Shown here piece after piece: positions 10,070-19,065 of a stretch of 32,000 bases of DNA. The stretch is from Arthrobacter phage Kalizoi. The first letter of the stretch is position 1. Each line of letters starts with the position of its first letter. The notes beneath the pieces are model-generated. The model saw nothing but the letters and a program-made list of their open reading frames with translations, searched no databases and was not told the DNA's origin. The translations under genes and the position numbers were made by a program. The stretch lies in the sequence record PQ184829.1. One strand, 5' to 3'.

Positions 10070-10363
10070 ATGATGAAGAGCGAGAAAGCAGAGCAATACT
10101 TTACCGAGGACGGCAAGGTTAACCTCCAGTTGACCAATGTCGCCGTGGCGGAGAAGCTCAACATCGACCATTCGACCGTGAGCCGGATTCGCTCCGGCCA
10201 GCGGTACCCCTCCCGGGAGCTGATGCGCCGGATCGAGGGCATCTTCGATTGGAAGGTCGTCCACCAGCTTGAACTCCTGCCTGACAAGGGCCGGAACATG
10301 CGCTACGCTCAGGAATTTGAAAAGAAAATCCTCAAGCGCGATGGTGTCAAACTTCGTGGCTAA
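10070..10363 (+). CDS. Small helix-turn-helix DNA-binding protein
   Basis: NVAVAEKLNIDHSTVSRIRSGQRYPSRELMRRI: HTH; upstream GATAGGA. Confidence 0.75.
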   Translation: MMKSEKAEQYFTEDGKVNLQLTNVAVAEKLNIDHSTVSRIRSGQRYPSRELMRRIEGIFDWKVVHQLELLPDKGRNMRYAQEFEKKILKRDGVKLRG

Positions 10364-10664
10364 TTTCAGCTACTACACCAAGCTGGCGCTTGAGCTGTCT
10401 CGGGAGGACTGCGGGCGCGTCGTGTCGATCGGCAATGGTGAATGGACCATTGTCGGCATACTCCACCGTGTAGATAACGAAGATATCGTCGAGTTGACCA
10501 GCGGCTACGACTGGGGTGGCGGGGGCTCACGGTCGATCCGCTGCTGGGTTACCGTTGGACCTTTCAAGGGAGAGATCGACCCACGGACCCAAGTCACTGT
10601 CGAGGTCCCCGCGCTGGACTCCGGCGATTCCGGAGACGTGATCATAGGAGAAATTCTTGCCTAA
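10341..10664 (+). CDS. Hypothetical protein
   Basis: Internal ATG 10341 of ORF 10269-10664, overlapping upstream gene end. Confidence 0.55.
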   Translation: MVSNFVANFSYYTKLALELSREDCGRVVSIGNGEWTIVGILHRVDNEDIVELTSGYDWGGGGSRSIRCWVTVGPFKGEIDPRTQVTVEVPALDSGDSGDVIIGEILA

Positions 10665-12057
10665 GAGCCGACCACCACTGCTACAACACCAGAAGGAGGG
10701 TATCGAATGGATACGGACCGTGAAAAGGGGCCTCTGCGGAGACGAGCCTGGCCTAGGCAAATCTCGGCTAGCAATCGAGGCATTCGATGGGCCAAACAAC
10801 CGAAACGCGATCATCGCCCCGGCGATGGTGATCAACGGCGGCACGTGGCGGGACCAACTGGCCCAGTGGTCGAACTATCCGGAGAACTGGACAGTTATTC
10901 CGTATTCGGGTATGAACCTCCGAGAAAAGACGGCCAAAGGAGGATTGAAACCTACATCAAAACTGGTCCCGGAGCTTACCGGGTCATTTCACGCCTTGGT
11001 AGTGGACGAGAGTCACTATACGAAAGGACGCAACACGTATTGGACGAAGAGCGTCGAGCAGCTCGCGAAGAACTGCGATCACGTGTTGGAAATGACCGGG
11101 ACGCCGATCCCGAACTGGGCACACGAGATGTTCACCCTACTTCGGGTGATGTTCCCGGAGAAGGCCAAGCGGGGTGGCCCACTGGGGTCGTACTGGAGGT
11201 GGGTGGAAACGTGGTTCGACGTCGAGATATCCCGGCACCGGGAACACGAGAGGGTGATCGGCAAACTTCTGGCCTGTCGAGCCGCCTGCTACTCCCTCCC
11301 GCCGTCTCAGCCGTGCGAGCACTATTCGACCTTCATGAGCGAGAACCTCGGCCCACATTTCTTGCGACGTCTGAGGGAGGACTGTATCGATTTGCCTCCA
11401 GTGACGAATCAGGAAATCCTGGTCCCGATGGACACCGCCCAGAAGAAGCACTACCGCGAGATGAAGAAGCACTTCATGACGGAGGTCGACGACAAGGAGA
11501 TACTGTCTTGGTCGACTGGCGCTCGCCATGTGGCTCTGGATCGGATTTCAGTGTCTCCGTGGTTGCTGAATCCGGTGGGCGAACCCCGTGGAGGGAAGTT
11601 CGAGCAACTGAGATTCGACCTCGCCGGGAGGGCAAGACCTACGCTAGTATTAGCGCACTATCGGGATGTTGTAGAGGCGTCTGCGGCTGTCGCAAGATCG
11701 ACGGGGGCTACCGCTGCTACTGTTCACGGTGGGAACTCCAAGACGGCCAATGGGTCTGCTGTCCAGGATTTCAAGGATGGGAAACTGGACGTCCTTGTGG
11801 GGTCGTTGGAGATGGTTTCGGAAGGGCTGCAGCTTACGGTCGCGGATATGGCGATCTTTGTCGAGACTTCCTACAAGCCGTATCGGAACGAGCAGGCTCG
11901 GCAGCGGGTGCACCGGCTCGGGCAGACTCGCCCGGTGACTATCAAGGAGTATATAACTCCGGATACCGTCGATGCGAACAAGCGAGTCCTGCTGGCGGAG
12001 AAAACGACCGACCAGATTCGTTTCATGTCGGCGGGCGACTTCAAGAAAATGTTGTAG
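10657..12057 (+). CDS. SNF2-family DEAD/DEAH-like helicase/ATPase
   Basis: LCGDEPGLGKSRLAIEAF (Walker A), LVVDESH (DExH), MTGTPIPN, ARQRVHRLGQTRPV (motif VI); TTG start. Confidence 0.9.
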   Translation: MPKSRPPLLQHQKEGIEWIRTVKRGLCGDEPGLGKSRLAIEAFDGPNNRNAIIAPAMVINGGTWRDQLAQWSNYPENWTVIPYSGMNLREKTAKGGLKPTSKLVPELTGSFHALVVDESHYTKGRNTYWTKSVEQLAKNCDHVLEMTGTPIPNWAHEMFTLLRVMFPEKAKRGGPLGSYWRWVETWFDVEISRHREHERVIGKLLACRAACYSLPPSQPCEHYSTFMSENLGPHFLRRLREDCIDLPPVTNQEILVPMDTAQKKHYREMKKHFMTEVDDKEILSWSTGARHVALDRISVSPWLLNPVGEPRGGKFEQLRFDLAGRARPTLVLAHYRDVVEASAAVARSTGATAATVHGGNSKTANGSAVQDFKDGKLDVLVGSLEMVSEGLQLTVADMAIFVETSYKPYRNEQARQRVHRLGQTRPVTIKEYITPDTVDANKRVLLAEKTTDQIRFMSAGDFKKML

Positions 12058-12207
12058 GAGTCCGGGCCTACTTCCGCGACGTGCTGGGGATCGAGCTGGA
12101 ACCCTGGCAGCGAGTCTGGCTTGACAATCTGGCAAAGTATATGGTTGACTAGAGTCAATGGGCGGGGCCTGCACGAGGCCCCGCCAACGACCACAAGGAG
12201 CCAACCA

Positions 12208-12396
12208 GTGAGCGTAGACTACCAGCCCGCACGGACCACCCGCGAACTCAGGCTGACCCTGGCCTCGGGGGAGCCGCTCGTGATCCCGGCAAACACCGAC
12301 CTCATGGCCTCCTATTCGGTGGCACAGAAGTCGATGATCCTGATCAAATACTACGGTGTGCACTACGTGGACGCCAACTCGGTGAGGTTCCTCTAG
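12208..12396 (+). CDS. Hypothetical protein
   Basis: GTG 12208 preceded by AAGGAGCCAA. Confidence 0.55.
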   Translation: MSVDYQPARTTRELRLTLASGEPLVIPANTDLMASYSVAQKSMILIKYYGVHYVDANSVRFL

Positions 12397-12629
12397 TGGC
12401 CCGAGGATTCGCCGGATTCTGGGACTATCTGGACAAATGCGCGGTGTGCGGGGTCCCCAAAGACCAGCACCGCAAGGACCAAAAAGCGAAGCCCGGTAGG
12501 TTCCCCTGCCTGCACGGCGGGTCACACAAGTTCGCAGTCTGGGTACCAGACAACAATCCCGACTGCCGAGCCTGCAACGCCGAGGGAAATTACCGCCACA
12601 CCTGCCAAGACAACAAGGAGCTGCAATGA
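12396..12629 (+). CDS. Small Cys/His-rich putative zinc-binding protein
   Basis: CAVCG...CLHGG...CRACNAEGNYRHTC; GTG start overlapping previous stop. Confidence 0.6.
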   Translation: MARGFAGFWDYLDKCAVCGVPKDQHRKDQKAKPGRFPCLHGGSHKFAVWVPDNNPDCRACNAEGNYRHTCQDNKELQ

Positions 12630-13243
12630 CCGCCACCGATACCGCCACCAAAACAGACCTGACCAAGGCCCCAACCCGGATGGGCACCCTCCCCTGCGGA
12701 CACTGCATGGTGAACAAGCACGACGCCTGCCCGGGCGGAGTCCGGAACGGCAACGGGCAGATCATTCTGTGCGCCTGCAAGAAGGACGGCTGCAGGGCGG
12801 GCCAACCCCGCTGCACCGAGTGCCACAACACCGAGGCCAACGAGATTGGTCCGAACTGGAAGTGCATCGACCGGCAGGATTGCGAAGCCGAGCAGGAGCG
12901 CAGGCTGGCCGCGAACCCCACGATCCAGTGGATCAGGAGCGAGACCCAGAAGAAGGCCGTCGTGACCTCGGAGGACTCCGGAGCGGTCGAAGGACCCCCG
13001 GCGCGTGCGAGGGTCGCCCGTACCCCACGGAAGCCCGCCGAGCCTACTCTCTGCACCTGCGGGTGTGAGGGCACGACCAAGGGCGGGAAGTTCCTGCCCG
13101 GACATGACAGCAAGTACCTCAACCAGCTAGTGGAGGCTGCAGAGCGCGGAGGCCGTCACGCCGACGAAGCCGCGATCCGGGCCGACGCAATCAGCGAAGC
13201 TTTCGGAGCCAAGTTCCGCAAGCGAGCTGGCATCACCAAATAG
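12626..13243 (+). CDS. Cys-rich protein with C-terminal CxCGC...PGHD motif
   Basis: LCTCGCEGTTKGGKFLPGHDSKYLNQLVEAAERG plus an upstream Cys cluster. Confidence 0.7.
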   Translation: MTATDTATKTDLTKAPTRMGTLPCGHCMVNKHDACPGGVRNGNGQIILCACKKDGCRAGQPRCTECHNTEANEIGPNWKCIDRQDCEAEQERRLAANPTIQWIRSETQKKAVVTSEDSGAVEGPPARARVARTPRKPAEPTLCTCGCEGTTKGGKFLPGHDSKYLNQLVEAAERGGRHADEAAIRADAISEAFGAKFRKRAGITK

Positions 13244-13253
13244 ATAGGAAATC

Positions 13254-13742
13254 ATGGAACGCCGATACATCGCACCCCGCCAATCCTCCAAGGATTACGT
13301 GCGCAAGGGAGGGGCCAAATCGGTCCGTTTCACTGCGGACTATTGGGCAGTCATTCGGAAGCGCAAGGAGGAGCAGCGGCTCCGGCTGCTGGACCGGGCC
13401 GTAGCGGACCACATCAGGTTCCTCAGCCGGGACGGGCAGTCACCTCACTACGTGTTCTTCGGTGGGGCACACGAGGCCCGTCTCTGGACTGACGAGTTCC
13501 GGCGTCGGCTGGACACCCTGGGCATCAACTTCGATCCCAAGCGGCACCTGTCCATGGCCCGTCCGTCGAGGCTCCGTGGAATCTCCCGCCGCATGGTGGC
13601 GGTCTGGTCCTCTGACCCCATGCCCGCATCCGACCGGGAGTACCGGGCCGAAGTCGAGGCGCTATATTGTATCGAGGAGCGGAACCGTATCCTCGGGTAT
13701 GAACCGGGGGAGGTCGTTTCACGTGAAACTGCCAGTGTTTAG
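13254..13742 (+). CDS. Hypothetical protein
   Basis: 162 aa; GATAGGAA upstream of ATG 13254. Confidence 0.6.
   Translation: MERRYIAPRQSSKDYVRKGGAKSVRFTADYWAVIRKRKEEQRLRLLDRAVADHIRFLSRDGQSPHYVFFGGAHEARLWTDEFRRRLDTLGINFDPKRHLSMARPSRLRGISRRMVAVWSSDPMPASDREYRAEVEALYCIEERNRILGYEPGEVVSRETASV
13716..13729. promoter_or_regulatory. parS: parS-like centromere site GTTTCACGTGAAAC (copy 1)
   Basis: Exact 14-bp perfect palindrome identical to the bacterial ParB binding core; spans the overlap of two ORFs and the GTG start codon at 13723. Confidence 0.8.
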
Positions 13743-14280
13743 GGACGAAGCCTACGGGCGGATGATTCTGGCCGTGGACCCGGGGGACGAGCATGTGGGG
13801 GTGGCGTGGCTGGACCGGCAGGAGAAGGGCTGGGCGGTCGTTTTCGTGACCGAGATGACCCCCGAGGAGTTCCTGAGCTACATCTACCCGGCATTGGTGT
13901 CGGGTCTGTTTAGGTACTTCGTGCTGGAGTCGTTTAGCCTGTACGCCGACAAGCTCAAAGAGCAGGTGGGGTCGGAGATGCTGACCTCACAGATGATCGG
14001 CGCAGCCAAAATGGTAGTGCGGCTAGTGAACCAGCACAGCCACCTGAACCCGAATATGGACTACGAGGTCCAGCTCCACATGCAGCAGCCAGCGGCCAAG
14101 GCCCCAGCGTTCGCGATCCTGGAACGTAAGAAGTACACCTTCACGGCCAAGCGGCTCAAGGTCCCGGGCCAGCACGTCATGGATGCCGAGGTCCACGGTA
14201 TCAAGTTCGTAATGGATACTCTGGGGGAGAAGATGATACGTAACCCGGAGCTTTGGGACGAGGCCCCACTTGACAACTAG
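13723..14280 (+). CDS. RuvC-like / RNase H-fold resolvase-like protein
   Basis: MILAVDPGDEHVGVAW and YFVLESFSLY resemble RuvC acidic motifs. Confidence 0.6.
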   Translation: MKLPVFRDEAYGRMILAVDPGDEHVGVAWLDRQEKGWAVVFVTEMTPEEFLSYIYPALVSGLFRYFVLESFSLYADKLKEQVGSEMLTSQMIGAAKMVVRLVNQHSHLNPNMDYEVQLHMQQPAAKAPAFAILERKKYTFTAKRLKVPGQHVMDAEVHGIKFVMDTLGEKMIRNPELWDEAPLDN

Positions 14281-14331
14281 GCAAGGGGCATGGTTTACTG
14301 GTGTTTTAGCCACCCCGAATTAGGAGCCGAA

Positions 14332-14547
14332 ATGACGAAGATCGCAGACCTCACCAAGGGCAAGACCCTCGTGAACCGCTCTGGACGCGAGTTCACCATC
14401 CTGAGCAAGAAGTTCACGGACGCCGGAACCGCGCTCCGTCCCGGCGACCCGAACTATGTAGGGATGGTCCGCCCGGAGATGGGCCGGGGTTTCGACCTCT
14501 TCGTAAGCCAGACCCAGCTCGACGACGGCGATTACCGACTCAAGTAA
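14332..14547 (+). CDS. Hypothetical protein
   Basis: ATG 14332 preceded by TTAGGAGCCGAA. Confidence 0.6.
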   Translation: MTKIADLTKGKTLVNRSGREFTILSKKFTDAGTALRPGDPNYVGMVRPEMGRGFDLFVSQTQLDDGDYRLK

Positions 14548-14556
14548 GCCAGACCC

Positions 14557-14578
14557 GGGAGGGGCTTCGGCCCCTCCC
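14557..14578 (+). promoter_or_regulatory. Leader hairpin with UUCG tetraloop
   Basis: GGGAGGGGC-TTCG-GCCCCTCCC, perfect 9-bp stem, 25 nt before ATG 14604. Confidence 0.8.
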
Positions 14579-14603
14579 ACCCCAAACTTTCTAAGGAGCC
14601 AAA

Positions 14604-14759
14604 ATGTTCAAGCTGATCGGCGAAAACACCCTCACCGGAAACTCCTGGGTATGCAAAGCCGGGATCGCCACCAAAACCGAAGCCGACGAACTCAAAGCCG
14701 GATACAAGCGGCTGGAGTCCGACTACAAGATCGACTACTACGTCACCGAGGACAAGTAA
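14604..14759 (+). CDS. Small hypothetical protein (51 aa), below track threshold
   Basis: MFKLIGENTLTGNSWVCKAGIATKTEADELKAGYKRLESDYKIDYYVTEDK; TAAGGAGCCAAA before ATG. Confidence 0.65.
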   Translation: MFKLIGENTLTGNSWVCKAGIATKTEADELKAGYKRLESDYKIDYYVTEDK

Positions 14760-14820
14760 ATGCTGACCTTGGCGCAGTGGGGCTTCACCAACGAAAACAC
14801 TAACCCAGATAGGAGCCAAA

Positions 14821-15174
14821 TTGCCGAAGATCAACCGGCGACCACAGATCACGGAACGGAGCGAGGCGCGGGAGGACGTGTCGTCCCTGATGCGGCTGAA
14901 CTGGTTGGAGGACGCGTCCAACAATGCGGTTGGGTACGCGACAAAATACCCGAGGGACCCGTTCAAGACTGAGGCCACAATCGAACTCCGGGACGTGGCG
15001 CGACTGCTACTGGTCCTGATGCACGATCCGGAGGTAAACGGCAACAAGGACCTCGGCAGGAGATACGTCGAAATCCGGTCCGAGCAGCTCCGACTAAACG
15101 CGGTGAACCGCAGGCCCAGCACCAGTCCGCACGACTGGACGCCCGACAACGAAGAATCCGAACCGCCATTCTAG
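14821..15174 (+). CDS. Hypothetical protein
   Basis: TTG start immediately after GATAGGAGCCAAA. Confidence 0.6.
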   Translation: MPKINRRPQITERSEAREDVSSLMRLNWLEDASNNAVGYATKYPRDPFKTEATIELRDVARLLLVLMHDPEVNGNKDLGRRYVEIRSEQLRLNAVNRRPSTSPHDWTPDNEESEPPF

Positions 15175-15184
15175 GAGGAATGAA

Positions 15185-15535
15185 ATGACCGCAACAACCG
15201 CCGATATCCGGTACGACCACCATGGATCAGGATCACCAAGCTACTCCTTCAAAACCGAGCTGGAGCTGGAGGTTGGAGACCACGTGCTGGTGAAAGACCG
15301 TGGAGGAGTCCACCTTGGCAAGGTAATCAGGGTGCCGTCAACCCGACCGCACAAAGCCACCGCATGGGCATTCCAGAAGGTGGACCTTGCAGCAGCCGAA
15401 CGAGCCGAGCGTAAGGGTCAGGTGCTCGACGAGCTGAAAACCAAAATCGAGGAGCAGCAGACCATGCAGCTCGCGTACCTGCTGGCCGAGAAAGATCCCA
15501 CAATCCTGGCACTCATTAAGGAGCTGGAGGCATGA
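15185..15535 (+). CDS. Hypothetical protein
   Basis: AGGAGG upstream of ATG 15185; 116 aa. Confidence 0.6.
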   Translation: MTATTADIRYDHHGSGSPSYSFKTELELEVGDHVLVKDRGGVHLGKVIRVPSTRPHKATAWAFQKVDLAAAERAERKGQVLDELKTKIEEQQTMQLAYLLAEKDPTILALIKELEA

Positions 15536-15879
15536 GCCGGGTCTGGCAGTTGATGGGGCTGGCCGGAGTGGCGGTCCTCGGTCTGCTGGTCGGGGTGGTC
15601 GTGCCCGACTTCCCGGACTCGCTAATTCTGGTCTTGTATTTGGTGGCGTTCTTCGCGATCCTGCTGGCCTACAGCAAGTGGAAGGACCTGCATAGGGACC
15701 AGCGGGAAAGCCGGATGCAGGATCGGCAGGCCGAGTTCCACCGGCTGTACGCAAGGTACAGAGAAGCCAGCCGAACGGCCTACCGCGAGTACCTCGCCTC
15801 CACGGCCCCGCTCACGGGCGAGGAGTTCCAGTTCCCCAATTTCGCAGAATGGAGAGAAGATCGTGCCGAGACTAACTAA
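15532..15879 (+). CDS. Small membrane protein
   Basis: LMGLAGVAVLGLLVGVVVPDF and LILVLYLVAFFAILLAY TM segments. Confidence 0.6.
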   Translation: MSRVWQLMGLAGVAVLGLLVGVVVPDFPDSLILVLYLVAFFAILLAYSKWKDLHRDQRESRMQDRQAEFHRLYARYREASRTAYREYLASTAPLTGEEFQFPNFAEWREDRAETN

Positions 15880-16033
15880 GGAGCAAATTGCAATCACAGT
15901 TATCGAGAACGCAAACCCCAAGGACTGGGGCTGGATCGCGGGCCAGCTCGTGGGGGCCAGTCTGGCTCACAACTTGGGACTCAAAGTCCACGACATTGTT
16001 GCCAAGCTCAAGACCCAGAAGAAGGCTAACTGA
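15863..16033 (+). CDS. Small hypothetical protein (56 aa), absent from supplied track
   Basis: GTG 15863: MPRLTKEQIAITVIENANPKDWGWIAGQLVGASLAHNLGLKVHDIVAKLKTQKKAN; overlaps upstream stop and abuts ATG 16033. Confidence 0.65.
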   Translation: MPRLTKEQIAITVIENANPKDWGWIAGQLVGASLAHNLGLKVHDIVAKLKTQKKAN

Positions 16034-16980
16034 TGCCACAGATTCAAATCGTAAGCTACTCGGAGCTGGACACCTTCCGGCAATGCAACCTCAAGCACCT
16101 GTTGGCGTACAAGCAGCGCTGGACCTCCGAGAAAGCTGAGGACTCCGCGCTCGGCAAGGGGTCCATGTGGCACGCCGTGATGGAGGCCCACCATCTGGTC
16201 CTGATGCAGGAGCAGAAGGACGCCAACTACCGGACACCTTCACCGGGGGACCAGCGGCTGATCCTGGCCAAGTGCCGCGAGGCGATCCGGCCCCACGTCA
16301 TGGACGAGAGGGGCAACCAGACCCCAACCCAGGCACTGATCGAGTGGATGTACGATGGTTACGTCGAGTTCCACGGGGTGGACGACGAGTGGATCACGGT
16401 CGGGGTGGAGCTGCCCGCTCAGGTCCCGCTGCCTTGGCCGGACGGTCGCCCCTCGCACTACCACCTGAAACTGAAAATGGACCGTCTGGTCCGCTCCAAG
16501 CGGGACGGCCAAATCTGGATAGAGGACCACAAGTCCGGGGCCAACAAGCCCAGCCAGTTTGAGCTGCAGCTCGACGACCAGTTCGGCCTCTACACGTGGG
16601 CGGTAACCGCACTCGGCCAGAAGGTCATGGGGTCGATGCACACCTACTGCCGCACGACCCAGAACACGGGCGACCGGCCTGAGGAAACATGGCCCAAGGG
16701 CAAGAAGTACAAGGCCCAGACTTTGGAGGATCGGAACGAGCGGTTCTACCTGAACCGGTCCGACCGGGAGTTGAAGGCACTGGCCGACGACGCATTCGCC
16801 GCTGCCCGCAACGCCTACCCGCCCAAGGGTATGCAGCTTCCGCTGTACTCGGCTCCGGACGTCCGGAACTGCGGCTGGAAGTGCGACTTCAAAGAGGCTC
16901 ACCTGATGTTGCGTGAGGGTCTGTCCATCGAACACGTGATGAAGGCCGAGGGCTTCCATCAGGATTTCACGAGGCACTAA
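16033..16980 (+). CDS. RecB/Cas4-like PD-(D/E)XK nuclease
   Basis: SYSELDTFRQCNLKHLL...GSMWHAVMEAHH...IEDHKSG...QLDDQFGLYTWAV...C-terminal Cys residues, pattern of phage Cas4-like exonucleases. Confidence 0.8.
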   Translation: MPQIQIVSYSELDTFRQCNLKHLLAYKQRWTSEKAEDSALGKGSMWHAVMEAHHLVLMQEQKDANYRTPSPGDQRLILAKCREAIRPHVMDERGNQTPTQALIEWMYDGYVEFHGVDDEWITVGVELPAQVPLPWPDGRPSHYHLKLKMDRLVRSKRDGQIWIEDHKSGANKPSQFELQLDDQFGLYTWAVTALGQKVMGSMHTYCRTTQNTGDRPEETWPKGKKYKAQTLEDRNERFYLNRSDRELKALADDAFAAARNAYPPKGMQLPLYSAPDVRNCGWKCDFKEAHLMLREGLSIEHVMKAEGFHQDFTRH

Positions 16981-17265
16981 ATGACTACGACTCCAGACGA
17001 CAACGACCCGCGCTACGAGGCATTCATGGGGGCCTTCGGTCCCAATGCTGATCCGGAGGGGCAGGAAGGCCCTGCGGAGGACTTCGGACCCACCCCGGAG
17101 GACTTCGGTGCCCCGAACCCACAGGCACCCCGGGAGAGCAACTCCGAGGCCCGGTGGCTGGGCACCCGCTCGGGGGATATGCTGCGGGAGTTCCTGGCCA
17201 ATGGCTTCACCCGGCAGGAAGCGATCATGTTCATCGCTCAGATGCTCCCGCACCACCCGCACTAA
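16981..17265 (+). CDS. Hypothetical protein
   Basis: 94 aa, ATG right after upstream stop. Confidence 0.6.
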   Translation: MTTTPDDNDPRYEAFMGAFGPNADPEGQEGPAEDFGPTPEDFGAPNPQAPRESNSEARWLGTRSGDMLREFLANGFTRQEAIMFIAQMLPHHPH

Positions 17266-17272
17266 CCCCGGC

Positions 17273-17302
17273 TTGACACCCTGCCAAGCCTAGTGATTAG
17301 AT
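17273..17302 (+). promoter_or_regulatory. Candidate promoter TTGACA-N18-TTAGAT (alternatively N19-TAGATA)
   Basis: TTGACA 17273-17278; TTAGATAGTAC from 17297; followed by hairpin 17320-17339. Confidence 0.6.
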
Positions 17303-17365
17303 AGTACAGCACCACCCGACCAGACGGGAGCCGATCTGGAATGAAACCACACGAAAGAGGATGAA

Positions 17366-18409
17366 TTGCCACGCGCAGCAGCCGCTAAAAAGAACGACAA
17401 GATCGCTGAGGCGATCGCCCAGACCAGCATTGATGATGTGGTCAAGGCAGCACCCGTCGAGGACGACCGAATGGACGACCTCTTCGCTCCGGTGGACGAA
17501 GTAGACGACTTCTACAACTTCTGCTTCTACGGGCTGGAAGGCTCCGGCAAGACCACGGCCATTGCGACGGCAGCGAACATCGCTCCCGAGGGCAGTAAGG
17601 TCCTGATCGTCAACGCCGAAGGTGGCGTGAAGAAGAAGGCCCTCGAACGGCGCGGGATCGACACCTCCAAGATCGTCCTGTGGCCGAACCCCAAGACCGG
17701 TGGACGGGTCACCCGCAAGGGGCTGGAGAAGCTGTACCAGCGCCTACAGTCCGACCTCGCCAAGGACCCGAACTCGTGGTTCGCGATTGGCTGGGATTCC
17801 ATCACCGAAGTACACGCCAAGATCGTGTCGGACGTGGCGAATGCCCGCATCCAGAGGGCCAGGGATCGGGACGTAGTAATCTCCGAGACCGACGAGTTCT
17901 TTACCGACCGTGACGATTACGGTGTAATGTCGAAGATGGTCAATGACCTTCTGCGCAAGTTCCGTGACCTCCCAGTACACTACATCGTGACGGCACTGGA
18001 GCGCCGGGACGTGGACGAAAAGACCTCCAAGGTCTCATACGGCCCCGCAGTAACACCAGCTCTGCAGACTTCCATTCTGGGCTACACGGACGTCAACCTC
18101 TACTTCAAGGCGGAGGACGAGGACGGACCGTTCCGGGCACTGGTCAAGGGTGTGGGCACCTTCCGCACCAAGGACCGGATGGGAGGTCTCCCCAAGGTGA
18201 TCGCACAGCCCAATATGGAGCGAATCCTGGGCTACATTGATGGGGAGATTGAGGAGGCGTCCGACGACCTCCAGAAGGCTTTGCCAGCGATCAGGGAGCG
18301 CAAGCCCAAGGTCTCCGGCAAAATCCGCAAGACGGCAGCGGACAAGAGGGCTGAGGCAGCGTCCGAGGAGGACGACGCAGAAGCCGCCGACACCAACGAC
18401 GACGAGTAA
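17366..18409 (+). CDS. RecA/Sak4-like AAA ATPase
   Basis: CFYGLEGSGKTTAIATAA (Walker A), WFAIGWDSITEV (Walker B region); TTG start. Confidence 0.8.
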   Translation: MPRAAAAKKNDKIAEAIAQTSIDDVVKAAPVEDDRMDDLFAPVDEVDDFYNFCFYGLEGSGKTTAIATAANIAPEGSKVLIVNAEGGVKKKALERRGIDTSKIVLWPNPKTGGRVTRKGLEKLYQRLQSDLAKDPNSWFAIGWDSITEVHAKIVSDVANARIQRARDRDVVISETDEFFTDRDDYGVMSKMVNDLLRKFRDLPVHYIVTALERRDVDEKTSKVSYGPAVTPALQTSILGYTDVNLYFKAEDEDGPFRALVKGVGTFRTKDRMGGLPKVIAQPNMERILGYIDGEIEEASDDLQKALPAIRERKPKVSGKIRKTAADKRAEAASEEDDAEAADTNDDE

Positions 18410-18479
18410 ATACTCCAAGTCCAGCAGTACCCCGGACAACACGCCGGGTTCAACCCAAACAAGATAGGAACCACCAGAA

Positions 18480-18992
18480 ATGCCTAAGCTCAACAAGAAG
18501 CTCGCAGCCGCCGTCGAAACCGCAGAGGTCGTCAGTGGCGATTTCCCGCTGCTGGACAACGGCTACTACTACGCCCAGCTCGGAGACGTAGAAGTGCAGG
18601 ACGGCAACTACGCGCCGGTCTGGAACGCGACCTTGGAGAACCTGCACAAGCAGTCCACCAACGAGAAGGCCAGCGGCAAGCAGTGGCTCCGCCTGAACGT
18701 CGTCTCGGACGAGAAGGCACCGGCCAACTACACCAACGGCGACAAGAAGTGGGCCTCCTTCCACTCCATGTCTCAGGGCCAGCTCCGTGGATTCTTCGAA
18801 GCCTTCGGATACACCCCGGACAGCGACACTGACGAGATGCGCGGTGAATGGGCGCTGATCAAGGTCGGAACCCGTGTCATTCCCTCCGGCGACCGCAAGG
18901 GCGAGAAGGTCAACGAAGTCAAGTCCATTGGCCCCGTTCCGGACGACTTCGACTCCACTGAGCTGGAGCCGGAAGGCGACGACACCTTCTAG
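18480..18992 (+). CDS. Putative ssDNA-binding protein partner of Sak4-like ATPase (DUF669-like)
   Basis: Position directly after the Sak4-like gene, acidic C-terminal tail ending DDTF. Confidence 0.55.
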   Translation: MPKLNKKLAAAVETAEVVSGDFPLLDNGYYYAQLGDVEVQDGNYAPVWNATLENLHKQSTNEKASGKQWLRLNVVSDEKAPANYTNGDKKWASFHSMSQGQLRGFFEAFGYTPDSDTDEMRGEWALIKVGTRVIPSGDRKGEKVNEVKSIGPVPDDFDSTELEPEGDDTF

Positions 18993-19015
18993 TCCGTCCG
19001 AGTCTGTTTGATTGC

Positions 19016-19048
19016 GAGGCCCTCGACCCACCTAGGGTCGGGGGCCTC
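19016..19048 (+). promoter_or_regulatory. Strong intergenic hairpin
   Basis: GAGGCCCTCGACCC-ACCTA-GGGTCGGGGGCCTC: 14-bp stem with one G-T; no T-tract. Confidence 0.7.
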
Positions 19049-19065
19049 ACCCCTTAGGAGTTACT

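Noticed and set aside
10707-12152. 481-aa ORF overlapping the SNF2 helicase gene in another frame
   Set aside because: Low-complexity Arg/Gly-rich shadow frame typical of GC-rich coding DNA; the overlapping frame has full helicase motifs.
12121-12155. TTGACA...TAGAGT as promoter for the 12208 gene
   Set aside because: Spacing from TTGACA to TAGAGT is 23 nt; no acceptable 16-19 nt pairing was found, although the downstream hairpin fits the leader pattern.
11650-13122. 490-aa minus-strand ORF
   Set aside because: Spans several plus-strand genes with good starts and motifs; composition looks non-coding.
14760-14972. 70-aa ORF starting right after the 14604-14759 gene
   Set aside because: Largely overlaps the better supported 14821 gene in another frame; only the first ~20 codons are outside it, so not called.
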